Assembly (NCBI GenBank): GCA_027923505.1
Contig: BROI01000001.1
Span: forward strand, 1,240,001 to 1,304,000
Source of the DNA: Mayamaea pseudoterrestris
Lineage: Eukaryota
Reading direction: 5' to 3'
Length of the DNA: 64,000 nucleotides
Notes under the pieces: generated by a model
The model's input: the letters and a program-made list of their open reading frames with translations, nothing else
Database searches by the model: none
Told to the model about the DNA's origin: nothing
Made by a program: the position numbers and the translations under genes
Shown: positions 25,559 through 37,414 of the stretch, one piece after another
Layout: every line of letters begins with the position of its first letter
How positions within the stretch are numbered: position 1 is the first letter of the stretch

Positions 25559-27355
25559 GATGGTAGGCTGGGTTGGATTTGTGGGAGAGTTTGAATGGGT
25601 TCGGATGATGCGATCTTGGTCGAATTGTGAGAGGGACTTTATTGGTGCTGCATGGAATCTCCAGGTCCGCATGGAAGAGCAAGGACTTGGCCTTTGTTAT
25701 GCCAGCTTTGGCCAAAATTTCGTGCGTCGACAAAACGTTGAGCAGGTCAACGGAAACGACCATTCGACGTTGCACTGCGTCGTGTCGCGTGTCGGACATT
25801 TTGAATTCAAAGTGATAGTCACACACACGCAACAACGTCGGCGAAGAACGAACATGAAGTTAAAGTCCCCGGCGATATCTTGGCATGGCTCGACGAATTG
25901 GTAGCATCTTTCCGTCCGAAGCCTTTTCGATTGGCGATGCGAAGGCGAAGATCCGATGATCGGCAGCCCGCAGCTAACTACGGTAGCAGCACCTCGCCAG
26001 GAACGTTTAGATGCCAATAAGCGGAGACGAACATATGTAGATGAGAAATGTGGAGGCAAATGCTCTGTTGACGAGAGCCCAGACTTTGTATGTCTTTAAG
26101 GGTGAGAGGGGGTTGCGGGTTGCGTTCCTCGACGACGCATTTCGTAGAGTTTGGGTTGATCCACGAATGCTTTTGCGCAGAACGCAGAACTCGCACAAGC
26201 CACGAGCCCGAATCGAAGAAGAAGTGTCTCTCACACAATTAAAATCAGCATACTGCTTCACATCCAAAAAAGTCTACTAGACTCTGATTATAACTTGATA
26301 AGATGGCTTTTCGCCTAACTAGTTACGAGGAACTGCATGCGCTTTGGCAGGAAATCCACGTTCCACCGCAAAATGCGTTCGTGTACAGTAATTGCGATCC
26401 TTACGATGGACGAAGGTGGCGCAGACTAGCGACACCGACGCAATAGTCCTATGCTCAGCATCATACTCGGCAATGAACGAAGTGCCACTTCGTCGTATCA
26501 GAGAAAAAGCATGTATCGATGATTTGCATCATGCTTTTCATGCTACTACGCTCTCTTTCGCTCATAAGTCGTGGCGTGCCGGCAAGTAACAGCCTTTACG
26601 CAATCACGCACATATATGATACAAAGACATGGCTAAATCATCAAGTGTTTACAGATGCTTGTCGTCTTTCGTCATTTGATCTTTTGAAAATGACAATCAT
26701 TGCCGACTGCGGACTGCGGACTGTCGACCTGCCGACTACCGACTAACCGACTACCTGTCGCTCGACGCGTGACCGAGCGAATATCGCGTCTGACGTTGGC
26801 TACCTCTGCCTCGCTCGATCGCCATTACAAACTCGCCATGTACCAATAATCGGATATTGCAGACATGGACGCTAGATGGGGTGAACTTGGTCGCTCATTC
26901 AAGCCGCTTCAGTCATGGTCATGACTCCATGGCTGACCGCGTCGGCGCGCCACAAATTACTATCGAAATTAGAGTAGAAAACAGAAGCATCGGCTTGCTC
27001 ATCTTCGCGCACGTCGCTCGAATAATTAATCACTTGGCGTTTCAACGCACCCCGCGTGTTCGGAATACTTCCTTTGGGGCAATAATGATCAGTCACTCGG
27101 ACCGTTTCGAAGAAAATTAGAGTGAATCATCGCGCCAGTCGGTTGATTCATGTTAACTAAAACGCGCAAGCCAGGTTATTTGAAAGCCAGCCGAGCTAAT
27201 GTTTAGCTCATCCAAACTGCTCATAAATTTCTTCCACTCGACCGTTGATTTGCATCAAGCTCACCTTCCAAGCATCGAAGATTGCAACACAAATTCAGCT
27301 CGTCGCCTTCCTCATCTCGCACCTTTATCAGATTGCTTCAAGTGTATCAAACAAG

Positions 27356-28750
27356 ATGATCAAGCGAACAAGTCCATCTAGCCTTTATAGGTGTGCTACT
27401 GCCATCGCAGCGTTTGGAATTTTAGCAACATTGTCGCTCGTGAATGCCGATCAAGCAAGCAGCAATCATGAACTTCTAACCGCATCGCAGGTCAGCTATC
27501 TTGAACGAGAGGTCATGGCGGAGCTCCAGGATTCCAAGCGAGTGCTGGCCGAGGTGGATCAGCAACGTCTTCGTGCGACTGTTCGCGACTTGGCCAAGGA
27601 CGAAACCGCCGAAGAACCCGAAGCTCCAGAGGACGCACCCGAGGAACCGGCCGAAGAACCCGAGGCTCCGAAAGAAGAACCTGAACCTCCTGTCCCCAAG
27701 AAGCCTCGTCACACTTCCTCCCCCACTGCATCACCAACAGTATCACCAACAGCGTCACCAACACCCAAGGCCAAGAAGGGAGGCATGCGCAGTCGCAACT
27801 TGCTAGTGACCAACAACGAGCCCGAGGTGGAACCAAAGGCACCCAAGGAGCCACCGAGTACCAAGGAAACACCTTCCCGCAAGCCGGTCGAGCAGGTCAC
27901 AAAGGGCACGGGCAGTGATGCTCGTAGCTTGCTCCAAGTAGTCCAGCGTGACTTGAAGAAGAGTCGCGGCAAGTCAAGTGACCCCAAGAAGATGAAAATG
28001 ATGAAGATGAAGAAGGCTTCCACCAAGGCACCGAAGCAAGCCAAAATGATGCGCAGAAAGCCTACCATTGCACCAACCAGCGCGCCTACTGGTTCGCCAA
28101 CAAGCAAGCCGACACTCAAGCCCACCAAGAAACAGATGCTGCCAAAGAAGGGAGGCATGAAGGGCATGCGCAATGGACGCTCATTGATTCAAGTTCAGCG
28201 CGACTTGAGAATGAACAGCAGCAAGTCAAAGGGTAGCAAGGGGCCAAAGGGTAGCAAGGGACCGAAAGGAACCAAGGGACCAAAGGGCAGCAAGGGCAGC
28301 AAGAAGTCAAAGGGCAGCAAGGGACCCAAAGGAACCAAGGCACCCAAGTCGGAGCAGATTGTGATTATCACACGCGATTTGAGAATGAACAGCAGCAAGT
28401 CAAAGTCAAGCAAGGGGCCAAAGGGCAGCAAGGGACCGAAAGGAACCAAGGGACCCAAGGGCAGCAAGAAGTCTAAAGGAAGCAAGATCAAGGGCAGCAA
28501 GGGACCGAAAGGAACGAAAGCCCCAAAGTCGGAGCAAATTGTGATTCTCACTCGCGATTTGAGAATGAACAGCAGCAAGTCCAAGTCAAGCAAGGGCCCC
28601 AAGGGCAGCAAGGGCCCCAAAGGAACCAAGGGACCCAAAGGCAGCAAGGGCAGCAAGAAGTCAAAAGGAAGCAAGATCAAGGGAACGAAAGGACCAAAGC
28701 GAACCAAGGCACCCAAGTCTGAGCAAGTGTTGAGAGCTCGACGAGTGTAG
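27356..28750 (+). CDS. Silaffin-like polyprotein precursor with repeated RxL-delimited Lys-rich modules (464 aa)
   Basis: Hydrophobic leader; acidic E/P segment; about 9 RxL sites (RVL, RDL, RNL, RSL, RDL, RSL, RDL x3); three near-identical RDL-RMNSSKSK...KGSKGPKGTKAPKSEQ repeats. Confidence 0.82.
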   Translation: MIKRTSPSSLYRCATAIAAFGILATLSLVNADQASSNHELLTASQVSYLEREVMAELQDSKRVLAEVDQQRLRATVRDLAKDETAEEPEAPEDAPEEPAEEPEAPKEEPEPPVPKKPRHTSSPTASPTVSPTASPTPKAKKGGMRSRNLLVTNNEPEVEPKAPKEPPSTKETPSRKPVEQVTKGTGSDARSLLQVVQRDLKKSRGKSSDPKKMKMMKMKKASTKAPKQAKMMRRKPTIAPTSAPTGSPTSKPTLKPTKKQMLPKKGGMKGMRNGRSLIQVQRDLRMNSSKSKGSKGPKGSKGPKGTKGPKGSKGSKKSKGSKGPKGTKAPKSEQIVIITRDLRMNSSKSKSSKGPKGSKGPKGTKGPKGSKKSKGSKIKGSKGPKGTKAPKSEQIVILTRDLRMNSSKSKSSKGPKGSKGPKGTKGPKGSKGSKKSKGSKIKGTKGPKRTKAPKSEQVLRARRV

Positions 28751-29199
28751 ATTACTATTGCCGTCGATCCGACGCAACTACAAGCACGTAACGTACCTCT
28801 TGAATATAATAAGTTGTCATTTCTGTGATTACTTTGTTGATTCATTCAAGTATTAGCGTAGACTCTCGGTCGTGTCATTGCGACGCCGGAGGGTTTGTTG
28901 GTGCAAACGCCAAGCACTTAGAGGCAAGCAATATACATATATGTTTTTGTGAGCGCGTGATGCGTGACAGTAATCATTTGCCGGATATCGTCAAGTGGTG
29001 GGAGCGCAAAGGTCGACTCACTCCTTGCAAAGTCGTATCTGAAGCATTCATAGCTAACATGTTAAGTTGTCACACCACGACTCCTCGGATCGCGGACAGA
29101 CGCATCGACCGTTTCGCTTCGAACCTTTCGGATCGCCGCGCCGCGCCGCAGCTAATCGTTCGGAGCGAGCGTTACGTTTCATGACCAGCGATTGCCAAC

Positions 29200-31935
29200 A
29201 TGGAGACTTTGCATGGAGATGCAGCTACCAATACAAGTGATAGTGTTACCAAGGATACGCTCATGGCGTCATTAATGATGTCTGGCGCTGATCAGAACGA
29301 CGAATTAAAGGCTGATGCTGCTGCTCGGAACGAGTCTGACGAACCGCCACTCTTTGAGAATGACCTTGACGAGGAGGAACCTTTGTTTCTGTCACCGGAC
29401 GCGGAAGCAAATAGCAACGATATTGTAAAATCTGTCGGAGATTTGATTCTGGGAGGAGGAGACGATGCCGCTGCTCCTGCGAGCGTTCCATTCTCTGCGG
29501 CTGCTCCAACGCTTGCTGCTACTGCGACGGCTGGACCTGATACCAACACAACAATGAATACTACCGCACCACCAGCTCCTTTAGCTCCGTCAGCTGCATC
29601 CACTCTACTGGCGCAGTCGGGTCTCTTGACGAGTCTTGTTGGCGGTGAAGATGCAAATGATGCTGCTGCTGTTGCTGCGACGGATGCACCGAGTAGTGGA
29701 GGAGGCGGCGGCTTGTTCGATGGCATTGACCGAGAGGAGGAGGAGGAGCGCCAGCGACAAGAAGAGGCTGCAGCAGCAGCAGAAGCTGCGCGTCAGAAGG
29801 CTTTGGAGGAGGATGCAAAACGACGCGCTCAAGAGGAAAAGGAAGCCGCAGCTAGACTTGCTCAAGAGCAGGAGGAGGCGCTTCGCAAGCATCAGCAGCA
29901 GCAGCAGGAAGCTGCCGAAGCTCAACGTCGCGAGCAGGAAGCACTTTTGAATCAGCAGCAAAGCATGCTGCAGATGCAGAATCAAATGGGGAATACCAAT
30001 CTTGGTCCGCCGCTTTATTCGCAGCCTCCCATTTACTCGAATGTTTCGCAGCAGCAGCCGCCAATGAATGGCCAAATGACTCATCAGCAGACGCCTTTTA
30101 CAGCTCCAATGCAGGCAAATATTCCTGCTCCTCCGGTTCAAGCTGGTTTCTATCGCGATCATTCGCCAATGATGCAGCAGCAGCAGCCGAGCATGCATGC
30201 CTCGTCCATGATGCCTTCGCAGTCACTTCAGCAGCAGCAGCCTCCAGCGGCCAATTACTACACTGGCGCTTTGGCTCAACAACAGCAACCGTTACCCAGT
30301 ACACCATCGCGCTACTACACTCCCTCGTCAGCTGCAGCAGCTTCTACTCCAATGGCCGCTTCCATGTCCTCGCAGCAGCAACAAGTCACTCCAAAATTGC
30401 AGGCTGGCATGCACAATCACAATCCTCACCTTGGTCTGCCAGTGTCACTACCAATGCTCACCCCACCAACGCCACTTACCAATGGCCTCTACCAGGAAGT
30501 TGTCGTGACTCATCCACTACTGATCCAAGGAACGGCGTCACTGTTTGGTTTCAAGCAGGCGCCGCACTGGAGCTACCAGTTATCGACGAAGCTGGATAAC
30601 GCGGCGCACGTTTGGTTGGTGCGGAGACGGTTTCGGCATTTTTGTGCACTCGAGGATCGACTGCGACAGGAATGTCCAGGAGCAATCTTGCCGGCGCGGT
30701 ATGTATCATTATTGCTAAAGTGTGGATGTAGTTTTGCTATTTCATTTCGCTAACACTGCTATTGCTTTCGTACTTCTCCTGTACATATCAGCCCCGACAA
30801 GCACGCGACGCGCGCTCTAGAGGAAGCCTCAAGTACGCAGTCGACCGAGTTTGCCGTTCAGCGTTCGGCGGAACTGCAAGTTTACTTGAATCAGCTTGCC
30901 AAGCATCCAATTGTCCACAACTCGCAGGCACTTCGCCTCTTTTTAGCTTTGCAGGACGACCTTGGCACGGCATGGCCGGAAGTGAGCTCGAATGCGCTCA
31001 CTCGACTTGCCAATGTTGGCGTTGGTGCAGCTGTTTCTCTGTCGGAGAATGCATCCTTTTGGAAGGAGTCCAACATGGATGGCGACTATAGTGAAGAGAG
31101 TGCGGAAATCTTGGCAATGCAGTCGAGTGAAAGTATTCGCATTGGTGCCGTCCTGCAGGCTGTTCCAAAGATGCAAGGAGCAGCAACCTTGTGGCGCGAA
31201 CATGCCGAGCAAATGGGAGCCGTTGGAGTGGAGATCAATCGCCTGAGCAAGGACATGATGCACGAGGACCGAGAGCTGGCGGAACCATTTGAAATTGTTG
31301 CCAATGGCATGCTTCGCGCGGGTCGTCGGTCCAAGCGGTGCTCGCTGGAGCTGGCAGCTGCGTTGAATACCTTTTCAAATCAATACAAACTTTGTCGGTA
31401 CGAAAAGCTGGCCTTTCAGGATCGTAAGAATGCCATCATTCGTCGAAGCAAGGAGCGCACCAAGGCGGACCAGCGGGCGGCGCAAATGTTGATGCAGCAA
31501 CGTACCATGTATCCGCCGCACCAGCAGTACGGTCAGCAACAACCGGGGTATGGTTATTCGCAACAGCAGCAGCAGCAGCAACAGCCGTACGGACAACAGT
31601 CACAATACCAGCAGCCCTATGGGCAACCGCAACAACAGCAACAACCATATGGCTACCAGCCGCAGTACCATCCCACTGGAGGCATGGATCGTTTGGAGCG
31701 CGACGCTGTCGTCATGGACGAGATTACCGTTGACGCTGAAAAGGAATGTGAGGAAGTAGGCAATCGACTCAAGTCCGAAGTGAACCGAGTCGCTTGGCAA
31801 CGTCGGTCGGAATGGAAGTCTGCCGTCAAGTTAATTGCCACGGCACTCAAGGATGCAACCAGCGAGCGAGTTGCTATTTGGGAGAGTGTGCGTAGTAGCT
31901 ATCTGACAGCTTTTCCCGAGTTTAAAGGAGAGTAG
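29200..31935 (+). CDS. Sorting nexin (PX + BAR/Vps5-like) with long low-complexity N-terminus (exons 29200-30698, 30792-31935)
   Basis: PX motif WLVRRRFRHFCALEDRLRQECPGAILPAR|PDKH...QRSAELQVYLNQLAKHP; helical C-terminal region. Confidence 0.85.
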
Positions 31936-32108
31936 TCGAGCCTTGGCAAGTCACTGACGTTTACATGACAGTCGACGAAGGAATACAAGCAAAGACAATA
32001 TTAATAATGTAAATTATTAGCACAAGCCCAGAAACGCAACACCGGTAGCCAATAAAGTATATTTCGTGGAGCATATCCAATGGCATTATACTGTCAGTAT
32101 CAGCTCGC

Positions 32109-33170
32109 CTAATTAATAATACCCGGAACAAATACGCGAGATAATTCGCCTGCACGAATGTCATCGCTTGAAAGTCTGGCATAATCTCGTCCCTCTGAAT
32201 CTTCCACAACCACAAATCCACAAACATTCGGAGCTCGATTTGCGCAAATTCCATCGTTACCTGAATCTGACACTACCAGTGAATATGTGACGCCTTGAAA
32301 CAGCGGAAGACTTAATCCTTTTCTCCCCTGGTTGTCCAAAATTTGATAGGCTTGAATGAATGCTACAATAGCTTTAGTTCTCTCGTTTCTGATATACACC
32401 TTTATTTCGTCAGGTTTTGAGTCATACTGAATCGTTACTATCATTGTAATTGCGCCTCCAGTAGGAGCCGAGGTTGGGAGCATTGGTGGCCGAATTGGCA
32501 TTTTGCTTGGAAATCTGCTAGGAGAAGTGCTCGGAAGTCGGCTAGGTCTCATGCTCGGTTTGCTGCTGGGGAACATTGATGGTAAAGTGCTCGGAAGTAG
32601 GCTAGGTCTCATGCTCGGTTTGCTGCTGGGAAACATTGATGGTAAAGTGCTTGGCTGTCGGCTAGGTTTCATGCTCGGTTTGGTGCTGGGGAACATTGAT
32701 GGAAAGGTGCTTGGTTGACGGCTGGGGAACATTGATGGAAAATTGCTTGGTTGACGACTGGGTTTCATGCTTGGTCTGCTGATGGGGAACATTGACGGTG
32801 AAGTGCTTGGTGCAACACTGGGTTGACTGCTTCTGCTTGGTGACGTTGATGGAAAGTGAGTGCATTGGCGTCGGAAGGCAATTCGTGCCGCGCGTCGCCA
32901 GACTCGTTTTCGTCGTCGCGCCGACAAGTCAGCCAGCTCGGGTCCACAATCGCGGAGAGTAATCGTCTCAACACAATTATTGAAGCTGTTTCTCGACTGG
33001 CAGGAGTTGCTGCAAGGAAGATTGCTGTTGCTTACACATTCCCTTGCCAAATCATCCTTTTTGCGACTGGCCTTCCGGTGCGTTTCGAGGTTTGCTGTTT
33101 CAGCGGAGGCCAATCCGGAAAAAATCAGCAGCAGTAAAGCAAATTGGGAAAAGCTTGCATAGATTGGCAT
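32109..33170 (-). CDS. Secreted protein with PSxxPS repeat stalk and C-terminal SDSGNDGIC-type domain
   Basis: Signal peptide from ATG 33170; Cys-rich N-terminal part; PSMFPS/PSMKPS repeats; TIQYDSKPDE...YSLVVSDSGNDGIC resembles the D.YP.E...DS.GDGIC domain common in diatom extracellular proteins. Confidence 0.72.
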   Translation of the reverse strand: MPIYASFSQFALLLLIFSGLASAETANLETHRKASRKKDDLARECVSNSNLPCSNSCQSRNSFNNCVETITLRDCGPELADLSARRRKRVWRRAARIAFRRQCTHFPSTSPSRSSQPSVAPSTSPSMFPISRPSMKPSRQPSNFPSMFPSRQPSTFPSMFPSTKPSMKPSRQPSTLPSMFPSSKPSMRPSLLPSTLPSMFPSSKPSMRPSRLPSTSPSRFPSKMPIRPPMLPTSAPTGGAITMIVTIQYDSKPDEIKVYIRNERTKAIVAFIQAYQILDNQGRKGLSLPLFQGVTYSLVVSDSGNDGICANRAPNVCGFVVVEDSEGRDYARLSSDDIRAGELSRVFVPGIIN

Positions 33171-33717
33171 GGTCAATAGGATGCTCTTAGTGCTTAGTAG
33201 TGGCCTCTGTTGCGAATGGCGTGAATTGTCTGTGTGTTCAAAAATGACCGTGTCCGCAACTTGAGCTAAATTCTCGCAGCTGATTCGTCCTCCAATAATT
33301 GTAGTATAGCCCCGCCAATAAGTGCACCAATGAAGCATTTCTATTGGTTGAGTGATTGATGTTCAACGGAGTAAGACGTCATGATAAGCTTTTCATTGGC
33401 TTACACTCAGACTTTGGAATAAATGATATTTTTCTGGGCGGTACGTCCACGTGATGTGCCCGTAATGTCTGAGGAGACGGGTGACAGCGCATGCAGTATT
33501 GTCATTGTACTATACAAGTACTCCTATGCATAGCAGCGCATGAGTTGCTTGTAGTCGATGGATGTATGATATATGTACGATAGGGCCCCTATTAGTACTG
33601 TATGAAAGCATCTCGTATCAAATCATACCAACGCTTGACTCCGACCTTCGACTATACCATTTTACACTCCGTGACATAGCATTCTCACAACGCATAGTCT
33701 CATTATTTGGTTTTTAT

Positions 33718-34410
33718 TTATTTGCGCAGACTTGCCAGTCGCTGCTCCAAGTCATCCGGCGCGGCAACCTCTGGTGCTTGCAACTGCGGCGTCTTTTTTC
33801 CAATCGGCCCCGCCTGCGAAAATGCTTCTCCCAACTGCAAATTGTTTTCGTCTGCAACTTTACTAATTAATTCATCCACTTGTTCCGCCGGCGTACTACT
33901 TGCCGTCGTTGCATTCATGGTTCCCTCCATGTACTGCGTCTTGACATCCAAATCTTCAAACTGCTGCTCAAACTTGTCCATTAGTTTGGATAGTTCCTCG
34001 GCATCCATGGCGTTCAACGATTTGCCCATGCCCCTGGTGACTCCCTTCATTCCATTTGTGACTTGGTTCATGCGGACGGCCGTTTCAATGCGACTGCAGC
34101 AAGCGTCCAGTCGACTCGCCATGCGCATGTGATTCAATGCTTGATTCTTTTCGCGAATGGCGTCTTGACCGTAAATGCGGGCGCCTTCGGAATTGCCGTC
34201 TTGAATTGCCTGTCAAAAGGAAAAAAGAATTCTATTGAGATACATGAATTGCTGCGTTTACATAAAAAGGCTCCCATTGTTCGTTACCTTTTTGAGTTTC
34301 TCAACGGCCTTCTTCTCGTTGGTTTCGCACTTCTTGGAGGACCGCGCCATTTGCTTGGCGACAATCTTGAGGTTGATCATTTCCTCCTCGAGTGAAACCT
34401 TGTTTCCCAT
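33718..34410 (-). CDS. CHMP1: ESCRT-III-associated CHMP1/Did2/Vps46 (exons 34410-34288, 34209-33718)
   Basis: NLKIVAKQMARSSKKCE...AIQDGNSEGARIYGQDAIREKNQALNHMRMASRLDA...MDKFEQQFEDLDV; C-terminal MIM motif DDLEQRLASLR. Confidence 0.93.
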
Positions 34411-34800
34411 GGTGGAACGATGTATGCGAGTCTGTTATAATAATGATAAGGGGTGCAAGCGAAAGCGACGACTCGGAAGGTTCGACGTGCTGCTTGTGAT
34501 TGTCGACACGCGCTCGCCGACGAGTCATGGTGCGACTTCTTGTGCGACACGAATAGCTACGTTAAGGATGCGCAAGGATGGCAGCCGGCGGCCCCAACAT
34601 CACGTTAGCACTACCATAGATACTCTTCTTATTACATGCATGCAAGAAAAAGTAATGACAGTATAAAATTCGATTCTAATGTGTTAATACGTTTGAACCA
34701 TGTTTCAAGAGTATCAAGATGGAACCATCCAGGCGACTCGGCAAGCCACCACCATCTCCATACTAAGACTCCTCCCTAATCATTCGAAACTTGTAAAAGT

Positions 34801-35656
34801 TTACTCCTCATCGTCTCCACCAGCACCTCCAGCTGCTCTGGACGCTGCCTTTTTGCGCGCGACGCGTCCCGGAGGTCCCTGCCCGTACGGCGACGACGCA
34901 CAAAAGTCAATGTGCTTTTCGCTCGACGTGCGAACGTTGAAGGACGGCACGTTGACCAACTGGTTTCCCACGCGAATGTGGCGCTGACGAATCAAGACGC
35001 GCGCGTGGTGAATGCTCTTGGCGAGCGCCTGCTTGTAGACTTGCGTCTGCAAACGTCGCTCCAACAGCTTTTGGGTGCTCAACTGCAGCACCTTGTCGAG
35101 TTCAAGCTCGTCGTCCGCCAACAATCCGTAGCGATTCATGCGTCGCAGCAAGGCGGCGCCTTCGAAAATGCGCTTTGGGTCATCGGCTTCCAGAGTGAGC
35201 AAGGTACGCGCCGCCTTGCGGAGCTTGGCCAGGGCGTACTGGACACGCCAAATCTCACGCTTGCAGCGAAGGCCGTATTCTCCCACCAACTTGAGTTCAG
35301 CGTCGAGACGCTCCTTCTCGTACGCTCGGCGGGGAGTCTTGAAGGTTTTGCGGTCTGTGAAAGAATCACAATAGAGGTGTTGATGGGTTAGATGGAACGA
35401 GTAGATTCAAAGCAAGAGAGATTCGCACACTGCCGCAAGGCTGCCATCGAATCTGATTGGCCGAGTATGTCGCACTAGCCAACATGTCTAAGTCCAAATC
35501 AAGTTCCAACCAATCAGAGCAGCGGAAGAATTCGTCGCGGCTGATGGCAAGCGCTCGATGCTTTCGTCGTAATCCTGGATCAAGCGAGCAGCGACCATCA
35601 TGTTGTGATTGCTCCATTTGCAACTTACAATTGCGGTGAATCGCGTTGGTTGGCAT
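34801..35656 (-). CDS. RPS9: 40S ribosomal protein S9 (uS4) (exons 35656-35629, 35354-34801)
   Basis: Spliced [47 protein letters not shown]...LERRLQT...[16 protein letters not shown]. Confidence 0.97.
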
Positions 35657-36253
35657 TTTATTTTAGCGTATTATTTTATTGCAATAGAGAGCAGCGACTA
35701 CAGAAGGGGGTCGGCGAAGGAGGACGAGCCGAATGCAAACACACGCACAAGCAGCGAGCAGTGTGAATCGAAAATGGGCTGCACCGCGCGCCAAACGTGC
35801 ACGTAGAACCGGTACGGAAGGCTACAGACTCAAGTAAGCGGTAAGTGGTTTTAGTAGAGCGGTAAGCGTGGCGGAGCACAATGACCTAATATTAAACGAA
35901 CACCGCTACGACATTTCATTGATGACGAGAAAGTCGGCCGTGGCGCAGCGATGATCCAAGCCATCGTCGCTGCTCATGATAATTCGACGCGCAACTATGA
36001 TTGTATTGTATGTACGATGATCATCTTTAACCATATAACACAATGAGCAGCAAATATGAAACTATGCATTGCAAATTTGGCGACGCTTTGAACGTCACAT
36101 CTTCGCTCATTGTACACTGACGTCGATAGTTAGACGTTTAGCAAGATTAAAAAGAGTGATCGTTCGAACGACGACGTCTGCCAAGAAACGCAAGGGCGAT
36201 CCATTGCCAAGCAGAGAATCAGACCTTGACCTAGAATTTTTGTACACCTTACT

Positions 36254-37414
36254 ATGCGTGCCGACAAACTTGACCACTACAAACGGAGACAGCATGATAT
36301 TGAGCTAAAGGATATCCATTCGTTGAAGAAGCTGCAGCATACCGTCAGGTTCGATTTGAAGGAAGAGAAACAGTGCTATTCCAACGACACTTTTTCCTCG
36401 GCACTGAAGCGCCCTCGCTCCGTTTCATTCTCGGAAACCGTTCGACTCATTCCATGCTACCATGAAAGTCCCAGGCATGCTTGTAGCCGAAGCCCGCGCA
36501 ACCATTTCGCCAGCAACAGCCCCGTCGGTACATCGGCAACTCCATTTTGGTACTCCGATCATGGCTTGCAACGAAGTAAAATATATGCCGGCAAGCTCAA
36601 CAAGGCGGCCACACTCATGACAGCCTTGGCGCGAGGTCATTTCGGAAGAAACGTGGTGCAAAAACTGCGCATCGAGCGCCATCGAAACCGTCTTTTAGAC
36701 AGGCGATGGCAGCGCCAGCAGCTTTCCGCGACTCGCATCCAGCGCGTCGTTCGTAACTACATGAACCACGACAATTGCAAGATTCGACATTTACAAACAT
36801 GCATGCGAAACGTTCAACTAGCCAAGGAGCAAGAGCTTGGCCGGATTCAACAGTGGAAGGACGACATGATGCGTCAAATTCAGGCGCAAGTAAATGACGA
36901 GCTCGTGGCTGTCTGCCAAGTCAAAGCTTGCGCTCGCATCAATTTGGACGCGACGGAGGAGCTTCGAGACGAAAACGTGCAACTGCGAGAGGAACGCAAT
37001 CAGTTACAACAGGATGTATGGGTTGCAAAGCACCACGCTGCCAATGTGCAGCAAGAGATTGAGGAGCATCAGCGAGCGTCGACCATGCTGCGACGGACGC
37101 TGATCCAAAATGCTCATGAAAGCACCAAGTGGAGATACATTTGCCACCACTACGAGAAACATTTCAATGACTTGACGACTCTGATTAATGGACGAATCGC
37201 TCGAGGCAGATTAGAGCATTCTCTACAGCACTTGTATCGAAAAACGGTGCGTCGAATGATTTACACCATTGCAAGTCGAGACCACATGCGAACGACGGTC
37301 AATCGAGTGCTGAAACTCGTCGCGGCGAATACTGTTTCCGATCGACTGTCCGTCTACGCTTGGACGAGGGATTCAGACGAGCTAGCACTGGGCGCGAACG
37401 AAGTGGCGATATGA
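36254..37414 (+). CDS. IQ-motif/coiled-coil hypothetical protein
   Basis: 386-aa ORF; IQ-like segments AATLMTALARGHFGR and SATRIQRVVRNY, then a coiled-coil-like region. Confidence 0.65.
   Translation: MRADKLDHYKRRQHDIELKDIHSLKKLQHTVRFDLKEEKQCYSNDTFSSALKRPRSVSFSETVRLIPCYHESPRHACSRSPRNHFASNSPVGTSATPFWYSDHGLQRSKIYAGKLNKAATLMTALARGHFGRNVVQKLRIERHRNRLLDRRWQRQQLSATRIQRVVRNYMNHDNCKIRHLQTCMRNVQLAKEQELGRIQQWKDDMMRQIQAQVNDELVAVCQVKACARINLDATEELRDENVQLREERNQLQQDVWVAKHHAANVQQEIEEHQRASTMLRRTLIQNAHESTKWRYICHHYEKHFNDLTTLINGRIARGRLEHSLQHLYRKTVRRMIYTIASRDHMRTTVNRVLKLVAANTVSDRLSVYAWTRDSDELALGANEVAI

Noticed and set aside
27960..28750. Collagen call for the KGPKGSKG repeats
   Set aside because: Gly-x-y runs are short and interrupted; RxL sites and KxxK spacing fit a silaffin-like precursor better.
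28195..28845. 216-aa antisense ORF
   Set aside because: Shadow of the KGSKGP repeats.
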